Assembly (NCBI GenBank): GCA_027366035.1
Contig: DAHXLK010000052.1
Coordinates: 1,949-65,948, forward strand
Origin: Chlamydiota bacterium
Lineage (GTDB): Bacteria > Chlamydiota > Chlamydiia > Chlamydiales > SM23-39
DNA: 64,000 nucleotides
Reading direction: 5' to 3'
The stretch's first letter is position 1; each line of letters begins with the position of its first letter. Made by a program: the position numbers and the translations under genes. The notes beneath the pieces are model-generated. The model was not told the DNA's origin, did not search any database, and worked only from the letters and a program-made list of their open reading frames with translations. Below, piece by piece: positions 28,328 to 38,251 of the stretch.

Positions 28328-29796
28328 AGAAAAGAACTGCTATTACCCCTACTCGTGCCGAAAATTATCCGCAGTGGTACCAAGAGGTGATTCAAGCCGC
28401 TGATCTGGCAGAACACTCCAAGGTTCGTGGGTGTATGATTATCAAGCCCTGGGGATTTGGAATTTGGGAGCTGATGCAAAAGCTTTTAGATGAGAAAATT
28501 AAAGAGACAGGACACCAAAACGCCTATTTCCCCCTCTTCGTCCCTCTCTCCTATCTGCAAAAGGAGGCGGAGCATGTCGAGGGTTTTGCAAAAGAGTGTG
28601 CCATCGTTACCCACCATCGGTTGGAAAAGGATGCTGCAGGGAATCTTATCCCCACCTCCCCTTTAGAGGAGCCCCTTATTATAAGGCCAACCTCTGAGAT
28701 GATCATTGGAGAGGCATTTTCTAGATGGATACAGTCGTATCGAGATCTCCCCCTCTTGATCAATCAGTGGGCCAATGTGGTCCGGTGGGAGATGCGGACC
28801 CGCCTGTTTTTGCGGACGACTGAATTTTTATGGCAGGAAGGGCATACGGCCCATGCTACTGAAGAGGAGGCAAAGACAGAAACTCTTAAAATGCTTCAGG
28901 TGTATGCGAGTTTTGCTAAAGAGGCTCTTGCTATCCCCGTCATCATGGGGGAGAAGACTGAAGCTGAAAGATTTCCCGGGGCCGTTGCTACTTATACCAT
29001 AGAGGCGATGATGCAAGATCGTAAAGCGTTGCAGGCAGCTACTTCTCATATGTTAGGGCAAAATTTTGCCAAATCGTGCGGTATCCAATTTCAAAATGTT
29101 CAAGGAGATCTGCAATATGCCTGGACCACCTCTTGGGGATCGACGACTAGGTGGATAGGGGCCCTCATCATGACCCATAGCGATGACGATGGACTTGTTT
29201 TACCTCCTCCGGTGGCCCCATTTCAGCTGGTAATACTCCCTATTATCCACTCCGAAGAGATGCGAAAGGAAATTTTGCATTATTGTGAAGCTTTGAAAAA
29301 AGAGCTTGTAGGGATCCGAGTTACGATCGACGATCGCCCTATCCGTGGGGGGGAAAAGAGCTGGCATTGGATAAAAAAAGGGGTCCCTTTACGCCTCGAG
29401 GTGGGACAAAGAGAGATCGAACGAGAGACTATTTCTCTCTATAGACGGGATAAGGGTCATAAAGAGGTGGAGGCCGTATCTAAAAGAGAGCTCTCTATAA
29501 AAGTGAGATCTTTTTTGAAAGAGATCCAGGAGCACCTCTATGAAAAAGCCCTTCAATTCCAGAGAGATAATACTATAGATATCTCGAATAAAACCTCTCT
29601 TATCGACTTCTTTTCTTCTAACGATGGATTTGTCCTCGCCCATTACTGTGAAGATAAAGGGCTAGAAGAGCGGATGAAAGAGGAGTTAAATGTCTCTGTC
29701 CGTTGTATCCCCTTGGGGCAAAGTGGAGAAGAGGGGAAGTGTATTTTTACCGGTAAAAGGGCAAAAGTAAGAGCAATATTAGCAAAGGCTTATTAA
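28324..29796 (+). CDS. proS: proline--tRNA ligase (archaeal/eukaryote-like type)
   Basis: TPTRAENYPQWYQEVIQAADLAE..VRGCMIIKPWGFGIWE N-terminus, class II motifs, C-terminal ..ILAKAY. Confidence 0.9.
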   Translation: MKKRTAITPTRAENYPQWYQEVIQAADLAEHSKVRGCMIIKPWGFGIWELMQKLLDEKIKETGHQNAYFPLFVPLSYLQKEAEHVEGFAKECAIVTHHRLEKDAAGNLIPTSPLEEPLIIRPTSEMIIGEAFSRWIQSYRDLPLLINQWANVVRWEMRTRLFLRTTEFLWQEGHTAHATEEEAKTETLKMLQVYASFAKEALAIPVIMGEKTEAERFPGAVATYTIEAMMQDRKALQAATSHMLGQNFAKSCGIQFQNVQGDLQYAWTTSWGSTTRWIGALIMTHSDDDGLVLPPPVAPFQLVILPIIHSEEMRKEILHYCEALKKELVGIRVTIDDRPIRGGEKSWHWIKKGVPLRLEVGQREIERETISLYRRDKGHKEVEAVSKRELSIKVRSFLKEIQEHLYEKALQFQRDNTIDISNKTSLIDFFSSNDGFVLAHYCEDKGLEERMKEELNVSVRCIPLGQSGEEGKCIFTGKRAKVRAILAKAY

Positions 29797-29801
29797 ATAA
29801 T

Positions 29802-31634
29802 ATGTTACGGTTTTTTCGAAAATACCAACGATTTTTTTTCATCGTGATTACTGTGATGGTGATCTTCGCTTTTGCTTTTTTTGGTGTTTTTTCGGTACTT
29901 ATAGAGGGATCTAGTCAAAAGGGCTTATCCAAAGAGGAAAGGGAGATAAAACAGTTGAGCTTCTTTTTATTAGCCGAGCCCAACTTATTTTCTGATGATT
30001 TTTTATCAAAAGATTTTTTAAAGGATAAGCTGGCGCATGTCCTGGTAAAAGAGTATCAGGAAAAGCTCGGGAAAAAATTGCAAGAATCCTGGGAGAGGAT
30101 GCAACGATTTGTCCCTTATCAACATCCTCAATATCCTCATATTTCTTCTATTGCCTTGTGGAGCCAATTTGCCCCTAAGATTCCTCCTTTACTTAAAGAG
30201 ATAAAAGGAGAAGCGTCTTTTTCTTTTCCTCAGATGGCAGAGCTTTATTTACAAAAGGATCTCATTTCTTCAGACATGCTAAGGCGGATCCTCTTTCATC
30301 AGATGGAAAAAATAGGACCGGATCCTAAGCTTCTACAGGATGACTGTAGCCTTTTTGGTTATCATTCGGCTGCCGACTGGTTTTCCTTGGAGTTCATCGA
30401 TCTTGTCTCTCAGACGGTATTACAAGTTGTGAAGGCAGCGAAAGAAAAAGGCTTTACCGTATCTAAAAAAGAGGCATTGGAAAAGATGCAGCATGTTTTT
30501 TTAGAAAACTTGCGAAAGTATTCGCAAGAGGTAGATAGCAAAGAGGTCTATGTCAAACAGTTACACGGTTTAGGGATGGGGGAAAAGGAGTTGATAGCCC
30601 TTTGGCAAAAGATCCTCCTTTTTAGAAAGTATTTAGATAAAATAGCCAATGAAGTGGTTAGTGACTCTACTATCTCCGGAGATAAAAAAGAGAGCGTAGT
30701 GGTAGAAAAATGTGAGCTCCCTAAAAGTATGCAAAATAAGGGAACTTTGAAGGCCTACTTACGGCGAGTTTCTTCTCCCCAAGATCTCTTCAGCCCGGCA
30801 CCCGTAGAAGAGGTGAAAGCAAGGGCTCCTGAACTTATCAAACGAAAATATACGGTAGTGATGAAAACTACTAATTTAGAAGAAGTAGAGTTAAAAGTTA
30901 CGGTAAAAGAACGGGGAGATTGGGAACTTTCCGATGAGGGATGGAAGGCATTACAAAAAGAATTTCCTAGCCTGAAAGGAGATCTACCTACCCGTGAGGA
31001 GAGGTTTCACCGAATTTGTAAAGTAGTAGATAGAGAAAAGATCGATAATTATGCAGTAAAAACAATTGCCAGCCTTCATCCCGAATGGATACAAAAAACT
31101 TTGCAGAGTAAAGTAGGGAAAGAGAGGGAGATCTCCCTTTTTCCTTATATAGTCCATGAGTCTTTGGGAATCAAAGATTCGGTCAAGTTAGCCGGTTTGC
31201 TAGATAGTTTAGATGAAATTCCCCTCTATACCGATGATCAAAAGAGCTTTTTTTCTTTTACTGTCTTAAAAAGAAAGGAAGATGAGGTTGTATCTTATGA
31301 CGAAGCGTTTGCCCTACACTTGCTAGAGGAGGAGGGAGACTTTCAAGAAATAGACCTTACTGCCCTTTTAGAAAGGGGAAAAGATAGGTGGAAACTTGTA
31401 AAGCATACCTTGGTTTTATCTAATGAAAGTGAGGAATACCTACAACATGGTCTAGCTTTTCTTTCTGAAAAAGAGAGTTCTAAAGTCTTTTTAGGAAAAG
31501 ATGGCCCTTATTTTTATACCCTTTTAGAGAAAACCATCCAGGATGGCAGAGAAGAGAAGAGGCTCCTTTTACAACAAGAGGCAAAGAGAGATTATATAAA
31601 AGGGCTTACGAAGGGATGTTTGATAAAGTCTTAG
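29802..31634 (+). CDS. membrane-anchored hypothetical protein (PpiD/SurA-N-like topology suspected, no PPIase motif seen)
   Basis: A single N-terminal TM (FFFIVITVMVIFAFAFFGVF) followed by a long charged helical region. Function is not established. Confidence 0.5.
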   Translation: MLRFFRKYQRFFFIVITVMVIFAFAFFGVFSVLIEGSSQKGLSKEEREIKQLSFFLLAEPNLFSDDFLSKDFLKDKLAHVLVKEYQEKLGKKLQESWERMQRFVPYQHPQYPHISSIALWSQFAPKIPPLLKEIKGEASFSFPQMAELYLQKDLISSDMLRRILFHQMEKIGPDPKLLQDDCSLFGYHSAADWFSLEFIDLVSQTVLQVVKAAKEKGFTVSKKEALEKMQHVFLENLRKYSQEVDSKEVYVKQLHGLGMGEKELIALWQKILLFRKYLDKIANEVVSDSTISGDKKESVVVEKCELPKSMQNKGTLKAYLRRVSSPQDLFSPAPVEEVKARAPELIKRKYTVVMKTTNLEEVELKVTVKERGDWELSDEGWKALQKEFPSLKGDLPTREERFHRICKVVDREKIDNYAVKTIASLHPEWIQKTLQSKVGKEREISLFPYIVHESLGIKDSVKLAGLLDSLDEIPLYTDDQKSFFSFTVLKRKEDEVVSYDEAFALHLLEEEGDFQEIDLTALLERGKDRWKLVKHTLVLSNESEEYLQHGLAFLSEKESSKVFLGKDGPYFYTLLEKTIQDGREEKRLLLQQEAKRDYIKGLTKGCLIKS

Positions 31635-32176
31635 CCCTTAGTCCATTATCCTTTTTTCAGCTGGAAATAGAGATTAAGCCTTGGGAGAAAAAGTTTCCGT
31701 CAAAAGAGTTTTTACTTCCCGATACCTCTTGCTATCTTGGTCTAGAGTCTTTTGCTAAAGTGTATGCTGCTCATAGAAAAGATGGCCTAATTTTTTTTGT
31801 AGCCGGGGAGGTAGAGACTTGTGAGCTTTTTCTCGACACGAAAGATATAAAAAGTAAAAGTGGGAGCCATCAATTTTTTCATCATTTTATGTGTAGTGAG
31901 GAGGGGGGATTAGAGGTCACCCGATTTCGGGGGGAAAATAGCCACCCTCTTTGTAATCCTAGGGATATTGAGGTAAAGTTTAAGCCAAAATCGATGCAAA
32001 TTTTTCTACCTCAAATTTGTCTATACGGTTATGATCCTCGTTATTTTGATCGTGTAGGTTTTACCTATAAGATTTTGCATAAGGCAGGCTATGTGCAAGA
32101 TTTTTCTTTGAGCTCTGAAGAGTATAAAATCGAACATCACCCGGAGTTGTGGGCATCATGCAAACTACAAAAATAG
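31616..32176 (+). CDS. hypothetical protein
   Basis: A 186-aa ORF that overlaps both neighbours co-directionally. No motif recognised. Confidence 0.5.
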   Translation: MFDKVLALSPLSFFQLEIEIKPWEKKFPSKEFLLPDTSCYLGLESFAKVYAAHRKDGLIFFVAGEVETCELFLDTKDIKSKSGSHQFFHHFMCSEEGGLEVTRFRGENSHPLCNPRDIEVKFKPKSMQIFLPQICLYGYDPRYFDRVGFTYKILHKAGYVQDFSLSSEEYKIEHHPELWASCKLQK

Positions 32177-32493
32177 ATAAACAGTATACAGAAACCCACG
32201 AATGGTTTTTTTTGCAAGGTAAGATAGCAACTATTGGGATTTCGATAAAAGCCAAAAATGAGCTTGGCGAAGTGGTTTATGTTGAACTGCCTAAAGTAGG
32301 GAGTTGTATAAAAAAGGGGGGGGTCCTCTTGGTTTTGGAATCGACCAAGGCTGCGGCCGACATCTATGCCCCTCTTTCCGGAAAGGTGGTAGCGATAAAT
32401 GAGTCTTTACAAGAACATATCGAAAAACTCAACCTTTCCCCGGAGGGAGAAGGATGGCTTGTCCAGCTAGAAATAGACGATAGGTGTGAATAA
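32158..32493 (+). CDS. gcvH: glycine cleavage system H-like lipoyl carrier protein
   Basis: THEWFF..GKIATIGIS..LGEVVYVELPKVG..LVLESTKAAADIYAPLSGKV, including the lipoyl-lysine ESTK. Confidence 0.85.
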   Translation: MQTTKIDKQYTETHEWFFLQGKIATIGISIKAKNELGEVVYVELPKVGSCIKKGGVLLVLESTKAAADIYAPLSGKVVAINESLQEHIEKLNLSPEGEGWLVQLEIDDRCE

Positions 32494-35400
32494 AAAGATC
32501 TTTTTTATCCTTTTGCTATTAGTCACCCTTTTTTTTTGGAAGGGTATTTTTTTATCGATACTCTCTTATAAAATTCAAAAAAATTACCATACCTCTTTTT
32601 CTTCCAAAGGACTGGCCCTTTCGGGTAGATCCCTTCATTTTTATGATGTCGAGCTAAAAGGGGGGGGGTATTTCGTTAAGGTAGATGAGATAGAGGTCCT
32701 CTTTACTTTATTTCCTTTTTCGACTCATACGGTGGTCCGAAAACCTTTAGTATTTTTACAAGAGGGCTCTTTAGCTCCGTTTTTTGGAAAAAAAAGGGGA
32801 GGGTTTTTAAAAAGCTTTGAAATAAAGGAGGGGAGGTTTCAGATCTTGCAAGGAGAGGCCTTGCGGGAGGCTTTTTTCTCTTTTTCTTCTTCCAACCCTT
32901 TTTTTAAACTCCATTTTTCAAAAGAATCTGATTCTCATCTTACCTTTCAATGGAAGGAGGGGTTGACTTGGGAGTTGCATAAGATGCCGGGAGAGGAACT
33001 TCTGGCGCTGGCTTCTTTATTTACTAAAGATCCCCTTTTCCCTACAAAGTTGGGAGGAACCTATGATGGGACTATTCAGCTTGCAAAGGGGAGGTTGGAA
33101 GGGGCCCTTCAAGGGAAAAAGATGGTATTTGCCCTGCAAGGATGGGAAGGGGTCATAGAAGAAGGTAATTGGGAGTGGAATTATGAAGACAACCTAGTTT
33201 CTTGTAGGGTCCAATTGGAAAAAGGAGAGGTAAACAAAAAAGATTTTAAAGTAAGCCGGCTATCCATGCAGGTGGCTTATAACCCCGAAATGGGGCTAAA
33301 GGGTTATGTAAGTGGAGTTTTTCCTAGCGCAAAGCTATTTCATCTGGAAGGAAAAGGATTTTTTGAAAGTCAGGTGCAAGATTGGTTAGATGTCGTCCTT
33401 ACTGTGGAAGGTGGAGGGGTATTCTCCTGTAGCCTTTTAGATATTAGAAGAGATCGGATGGCAATCCAGCTTCAATCTGAGTCGCTAGATGTGGAGATGG
33501 CAGCTTTTTTGCAAAGTCTATGGTCTCCTTTCCCTTTACACATGACAGAAGGGATAATTTCGGCATCTGCCCGCCTTTTGTTTCAAGACAAGGCGTTAGC
33601 CTTATTTTCTTTGCAGAAGTTGAGGGGTGACAACCTTTCTTTTCAGGTGCCGGATACCCTTTCTTTTCATTTGCCGAAGATAGAAGGAGGGGCGTTTTGG
33701 GAAAAAGATCAAAAGCTCACCTCTTCTTGTCATATAAAGGTGGAGGGGGGAAGTGGGACTTTTTATGCTCCGGATACAAAAAAAGCCTGTTTTCAACATC
33801 TACAAGGAAATGTTGATCTCGCGGGAGGGAAGTTTTCAAAGGGGCAAATTTCTTGTGAACTGCAAGGGAGAAAAACATCCCTTAACCTTTTGGGCTCTTT
33901 AGAAGAGTGTTTCCTTTCATTGCAGGTACTTGGAGATCTGTCGGTACTTGATCCTTTTTCTTTAGGACAGGAAGAGGAACAAAATGCCAATGTAAATTGC
34001 AAGTGCTATGTAAAAGATAACGGATGGGTATTTGCAGGGGAGGGGATGATTGAAAAAGGGAAAGAAAGGGTCGAAAATTGGAGCTTTGAACTTGCCTATC
34101 CCCAGCAAGGATGGGTCGAAGGGGAAGGAGAGCTGCCTAGGTATCCTTTTTTATTTCCAAAGGAGTCGCAGTGTGTAAGTGGTAAAGGGAAATTTAAAGG
34201 GAGGTTGCAAAAAGGAAAATGGTTTTTTTTAGCCACAGTAGACAATGTTGAGTTAAAAACTCCCGACTGGGAAGCCCGGATCCCTCATATCGAAGGGTTG
34301 CATGGTTCGGTAGAAGATAAGGCGAGGGTAACCTTTCCTTTTGAAAATATCACTGTCTACTTACCTAAAAAAGATCTCTATTTTTATGAGGCGAAAGGGC
34401 GATTTACTTTGGTGGATCAAGCACTCACTTTAGACATACAGCACACTCGAGCGGAAGAGCTTGCTTTAGCCGGAGAAGTGGTCTTTCATCTCGATAAGGA
34501 AAGGACCCACCTTGGAATTGTGACGAAAAAGATAGAGGGGACGATTGAAGGGGGGAGGAGATTTTTTTCCCATTTCCATAAATCTTTTTTCACCGAAATT
34601 CCTATGCAAGGGATTTTGCAGAGTTTTACAAATGGTTTTTACCTTGCCACTACTCTGGGAGAGATGGGTCCTATACAGTGTGGCGGCACTTTTTATATAA
34701 AAGAGGGAAAGATACAGTTTCCTCATCAGAGCTATTTACGAGATTTTCAAGCAGCTATGCAGTGGGACTCTGAAAGGGGGTGTTCTTTTCAAGACGCTAC
34801 TGCCCAGCTTGTATGGAAAGAGAAAAACTATCCTGTCGAGCTTACTGAACTACAGATGGTAAAAGAGGATAAGTGGCTTTTTGACCTTCGTCTTACTAAA
34901 AGTTATTGGGATATTTTGAGGCTAAAGGGCTCTTTTGTAGCGGAAGAAAAGCCGGGTAGTCCCATGTTAGCAACTTTTTCTTTTGATGATAAGCTAACTG
35001 AACTCTACACCTCTCCTTTGCATATCGATCAGCTAATCTTAAAAGAATTTTCGGAAATAGTCGCTTTACAGATGCATCCCGAGATCAATTTGCAAGTCTT
35101 AAATGAAATCTTCGATGTTTCCATGACAGGGATCTATCAGGGGATTGTGACAAAGGATTCTTTTTCTTTTGCAGGAGAAAAGGGAGAAATTTTAGGGAAA
35201 TTTTCTCCTCTGCAAGGAGAGGTCCGTTTTAAAGATTTTTATGGAAATTTTTTAGAAAGAGAAGATGGGTTTCGTATTTGGAATGTACGGGGAGATTTAT
35301 CTCGTTGGACTCCGTTGCAAGGTAAGTTTTCTGCAAACGGGAAGGTCTCTTTTTCCAAAAAGGGGTGGAGAGCTGAAGTAGAAGCCGAGCTATTAGACGC

Positions 35401-36751
35401 TTCTTTTCAAGGAAAGGCTATCGAGAATCATAATTCTCTTCACTGCCTTTTGGATAGTCAAAATCACCTGCGAATAGATGGGATTTATCTCTTTTATAAA
35501 GACCTCCTCCTCCTTTTTCCTAAAGAGCTCTCTTTTCTCCCTATCGATGAGGATACCCCTATTCAAGGTTCTTTAGAGAAAGAGGATACCATTCGAATTT
35601 TTATTCAAAAGCTCCCTTTTAATATTTTAGGGGATACTAAAGAGGTGCAAGATCTTTCCATTATCTACGATACCGAAAGTATTCGGCTAGATGGACTACT
35701 TATGGGTCAGATCAAGATGCAATTACATATGCGACTTGACGACCATCCTTATGGCTATTGTAGCTTTGAAATTCCGGGTAGCGGCTCGTTTCCCCTTTCT
35801 ATCTACTGGTCCTCTTATCCAAAATTTCAAATCGACCATGTGGAGGGGGCTTGCTCAGGTATCGAGGCCTATTTTGATGCGACGAGTACCCAGACATTGA
35901 CAGGTAAAATGAAGGTTAACTTTCATGAAGCCAAAAAGCTTTTTCCTGAACCTCTTTATAAGTTTTTAGACACCTATCAAATAGGTTCCGGCTTTGAATG
36001 GAAGGGAAAGTTGACGATGGATCCTATGCAGTTTGAAGGGATCGTGATAGGCAAGCAGCTGCAGTGCCTGGGAATACAACTAAAAACCCTTTTTGCGAGG
36101 GTATCCCTTTCTTTAAATGGGGCAAAACTCTCTGATATCAAGCTCAGTGATTCGGCGGGGACCCTTACAATCGATTCTTTACAGATCTACAAAGAAAAGG
36201 AAACATGGAAATTGAAGATGCCACACCTAAGGATCGAGGAGTTTCGCCCCTCGCTACTTCAAAAGATTGGCTCTTCGCTTCCGGAGATCGAGCCTTTTTT
36301 AATACGGAAGCTTCAGCTGAATGATTTTACCGGCTCTTTAGGGGACATTGCTACCTTTACGGGTAGTGGGGCTATGATCTTTCTTAATTCCTTCAAAAGA
36401 GAGCATACTATTTTTGATATCCCCTCAGATGTGCTGGGGAGTATTTTCGGATTAGATCTCGAACTTTTGATACCGGTGAAAGGGACGATGGATATTGAAG
36501 TGAAGGATGGGAAATTTATTTTTTCTAACTTGCACAACTCTTTTTCAGAAAATAACCGTTCCACATTTTTCTTTGTTTCCGGAAGTGCCGGTCTGCCATA
36601 TATGGATTTCTACGGAAATCTCAATGTAAATATCCGGATGAAACAATATGTCCTTTTCAAGTTTACCGAGCAGTTTGTCATTTCGATTACCGGCAACCTA
36701 TTACAGCCTAAATATAATTTGCGGAAAAAACGGTTTTTTTCCATTTTATAA
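32486..36751 (+). CDS. very large N-terminally anchored envelope protein, TamB/AsmA-like (putative)
   Basis: 1421 aa with N-terminal TM MNKKIFFILLLLVTLFFW, a long beta-rich repetitive body, and a C-terminal ..FVISITGNLLQPKYNL reminiscent of the DUF490/TamB end. Confidence 0.55.
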   Translation: MNKKIFFILLLLVTLFFWKGIFLSILSYKIQKNYHTSFSSKGLALSGRSLHFYDVELKGGGYFVKVDEIEVLFTLFPFSTHTVVRKPLVFLQEGSLAPFFGKKRGGFLKSFEIKEGRFQILQGEALREAFFSFSSSNPFFKLHFSKESDSHLTFQWKEGLTWELHKMPGEELLALASLFTKDPLFPTKLGGTYDGTIQLAKGRLEGALQGKKMVFALQGWEGVIEEGNWEWNYEDNLVSCRVQLEKGEVNKKDFKVSRLSMQVAYNPEMGLKGYVSGVFPSAKLFHLEGKGFFESQVQDWLDVVLTVEGGGVFSCSLLDIRRDRMAIQLQSESLDVEMAAFLQSLWSPFPLHMTEGIISASARLLFQDKALALFSLQKLRGDNLSFQVPDTLSFHLPKIEGGAFWEKDQKLTSSCHIKVEGGSGTFYAPDTKKACFQHLQGNVDLAGGKFSKGQISCELQGRKTSLNLLGSLEECFLSLQVLGDLSVLDPFSLGQEEEQNANVNCKCYVKDNGWVFAGEGMIEKGKERVENWSFELAYPQQGWVEGEGELPRYPFLFPKESQCVSGKGKFKGRLQKGKWFFLATVDNVELKTPDWEARIPHIEGLHGSVEDKARVTFPFENITVYLPKKDLYFYEAKGRFTLVDQALTLDIQHTRAEELALAGEVVFHLDKERTHLGIVTKKIEGTIEGGRRFFSHFHKSFFTEIPMQGILQSFTNGFYLATTLGEMGPIQCGGTFYIKEGKIQFPHQSYLRDFQAAMQWDSERGCSFQDATAQLVWKEKNYPVELTELQMVKEDKWLFDLRLTKSYWDILRLKGSFVAEEKPGSPMLATFSFDDKLTELYTSPLHIDQLILKEFSEIVALQMHPEINLQVLNEIFDVSMTGIYQGIVTKDSFSFAGEKGEILGKFSPLQGEVRFKDFYGNFLEREDGFRIWNVRGDLSRWTPLQGKFSANGKVSFSKKGWRAEVEAELLDASFQGKAIENHNSLHCLLDSQNHLRIDGIYLFYKDLLLLFPKELSFLPIDEDTPIQGSLEKEDTIRIFIQKLPFNILGDTKEVQDLSIIYDTESIRLDGLLMGQIKMQLHMRLDDHPYGYCSFEIPGSGSFPLSIYWSSYPKFQIDHVEGACSGIEAYFDATSTQTLTGKMKVNFHEAKKLFPEPLYKFLDTYQIGSGFEWKGKLTMDPMQFEGIVIGKQLQCLGIQLKTLFARVSLSLNGAKLSDIKLSDSAGTLTIDSLQIYKEKETWKLKMPHLRIEEFRPSLLQKIGSSLPEIEPFLIRKLQLNDFTGSLGDIATFTGSGAMIFLNSFKREHTIFDIPSDVLGSIFGLDLELLIPVKGTMDIEVKDGKFIFSNLHNSFSENNRSTFFFVSGSAGLPYMDFYGNLNVNIRMKQYVLFKFTEQFVISITGNLLQPKYNLRKKRFFSIL

Positions 36752-36809
36752 AGTTAATTCGTCTTAACTTTGGCGAAGTGGTGACATTACAACTTTGGTG
36801 TTACATCCA

Positions 36810-36974
36810 GGGACTGTTTCGATCTCCCATTTGATTAAAGTTTTACCATTGCTTTCCCGGATTTGATCTTTTTAAAAGTGCCTATACCTTAGTAGGATAT
36901 GTCACTTTCAAAAAAATTAAACCGGCTTTGCAAGGCTCAAATTTTAACGAAAAAGCGAAGATCGAAACAGTCCC
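36810..36974. repeat. full copy of the palindromic element (A arm - core - B-prime arm)
   Basis: Begins gggactgtttcgatc and ends gatcgaaacagtccc, a perfect 15-nt terminal inverted repeat. The core is tttttaaaagtgcctataccttagtaggatatgtcactttcaaaaaaa. Confidence 0.9.
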
Positions 36975-37028
36975 ATCCATGAAAAAAAAATAGACTTTAA
37001 AAATATCGTTCGCTATTCTATTGCTCTT

Positions 37029-37778
37029 ATGAAAAAACTTTTTCTTCTTTTTTTCGCCGTCTCTCTTCTAGCCCTCACTCCTCCCGAGGAATCGCTTCTA
37101 AACAAGGTCGATAACGAATATCAAAATGCTTCTCAGGCCAAAGAAGAGATGTGCTTTGTGCAAAATAGTGAAGAAATGCAAAAAAGCATTCGTGAGGTTA
37201 TGGAGCAGTCGTATGCTTTATATATACAGAATATGCAGCAGGTACAAAAAATCTATGCAACCTATCCGGAAGATCCGGTATTGAAAAGCTTAGAGGATAA
37301 GATAGTTTCTCTCCCGACTTTTAAAGAACAGCAAGAAAAAATGAGTTATGCCCTTCTAATCTATTTCGGAGCGGCCCCCATCCAAGATTCAAAGGTAGCA
37401 GATATTATCCGAGAGCTGGCTTTAGAGTATGGGCTAAAGATGAATTTTGCCTCTTTATCTTGGGAATATGAAGATGTGATGATTGCTCATGTGATTGATT
37501 TTCTTGAAAAAGAATTTTTTTCTAAACTGCTCGCCTTGGCAAAAGGATCCGATGACCCTTTTTTACAACGATTTTTTCAACAATGTCACGATTTTCCCGA
37601 TTTTAAATCCTATCTCGCCGACAGCTCTTTTCAAGAAAATTTTGAACAAGCAATTCTTAATAAACCTCTCACCGATGCGCAAAGGCAAGTCCAAGCTGTT
37701 TTAAAAGAGCTTGAACAAGCGGCAGATAAGCTTTCTGTGAACATACAAGGACTGTTTCGATCTTCGCTTTTTTGTTAA
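37029..37778 (+). CDS. secreted hypothetical protein (signal peptide); last 10 codons and stop lie inside a repeat copy
   Basis: MKKLFLLFFAVSLLALTPPEE signal-like N-terminus. The C-terminal GLFRSSLFC-stop is encoded by ggactgtttcgatcttcgcttttttgttaa of element copy 37749. Confidence 0.6.
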   Translation: MKKLFLLFFAVSLLALTPPEESLLNKVDNEYQNASQAKEEMCFVQNSEEMQKSIREVMEQSYALYIQNMQQVQKIYATYPEDPVLKSLEDKIVSLPTFKEQQEKMSYALLIYFGAAPIQDSKVADIIRELALEYGLKMNFASLSWEYEDVMIAHVIDFLEKEFFSKLLALAKGSDDPFLQRFFQQCHDFPDFKSYLADSSFQENFEQAILNKPLTDAQRQVQAVLKELEQAADKLSVNIQGLFRSSLFC

Positions 37779-37851
37779 CATTTGAATCTTGCAAAGCCGA
37801 TTTGATTTTTTTGAAAGTGACATATCCTAATAGGGTATAGGCGCTTTTAAA
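37749..37851. repeat. partial copy of the palindromic element (B arm - core), truncated by module C
   Basis: ggactgtttcgatcttcgcttttttgttaacatttgaatcttgcaaagccgatttgatttttttgaaagtgacatatcctaatagggtataggcgcttttaaaa. Confidence 0.85.
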
Positions 37852-38010
37852 AACTCACCTTACGCAATCCATGGTCCATGTAAAGCGTTCTGCACTTCGT
37901 TCAAGAAGCAGCTCTCTCATCGGCCATAGACATTTAGTTATGGCCTCCTCAAGACCTCTAACGCTTCTACTCCCTGATCGAAGTTCGCTTGCACTTTCAT
38001 TGGACCATGG
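37852..38010. repeat. module C, long form, opposite orientation to the 24835 copy
   Basis: aactcaccttacgcaatccatggtccatgtaaagcg..ctgcacttcg..agcagctctctcatcg, then hairpin ggccata-N10-tatggcc (37922-37945), ending ..ggaccatgg. Confidence 0.75.
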
Positions 38011-38013
38011 AAA

Positions 38014-38180
38014 GGGACTGTTGAAATCTTTAGCTTTGCCGTTAAAATTTGGGCCTTGCAAAGGCGGTTTGATTTTTTTTGAAAGTGACATATCCTACTA
38101 AGGTATAGGCACTTTTAAAAAAATAAAATCCGAAGAAGCAAGGGTAAAATTTTAACCAAATTGGAAGTCGAAACAGTCCC
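38014..38180. repeat. full copy of the palindromic element (B arm - core - A-prime arm)
   Basis: gggactgttgaaatc...gtcgaaacagtccc, with the same core in reverse orientation. Confidence 0.9.
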
Positions 38181-38251
38181 TTTAGCTCTCAACAGCTTCT
38201 AGTGAAAAGTTTCTCTGCCAAAAAAAAATGAGATCTGCCATATTTTTTTAG

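Noticed and set aside
36810-36974. Outward-facing sigma-70-type promoter within the element core (for example TTGAAA ... TATAGG or TTGCAA ... TTAACG)
   Set aside because: The spacing and the -10 matches are poor (19-nt or 9-10-nt spacers). This cannot be supported from sequence alone.
37855-38101. ORFs 37855..38091 (-) and 37871..38101 (+), and similarly 62120..62350 (+) and 63203..63418 (+)
   Set aside because: They are composed almost wholly of repeat-element and module C sequence. Equivalent frames are not preserved between copies.
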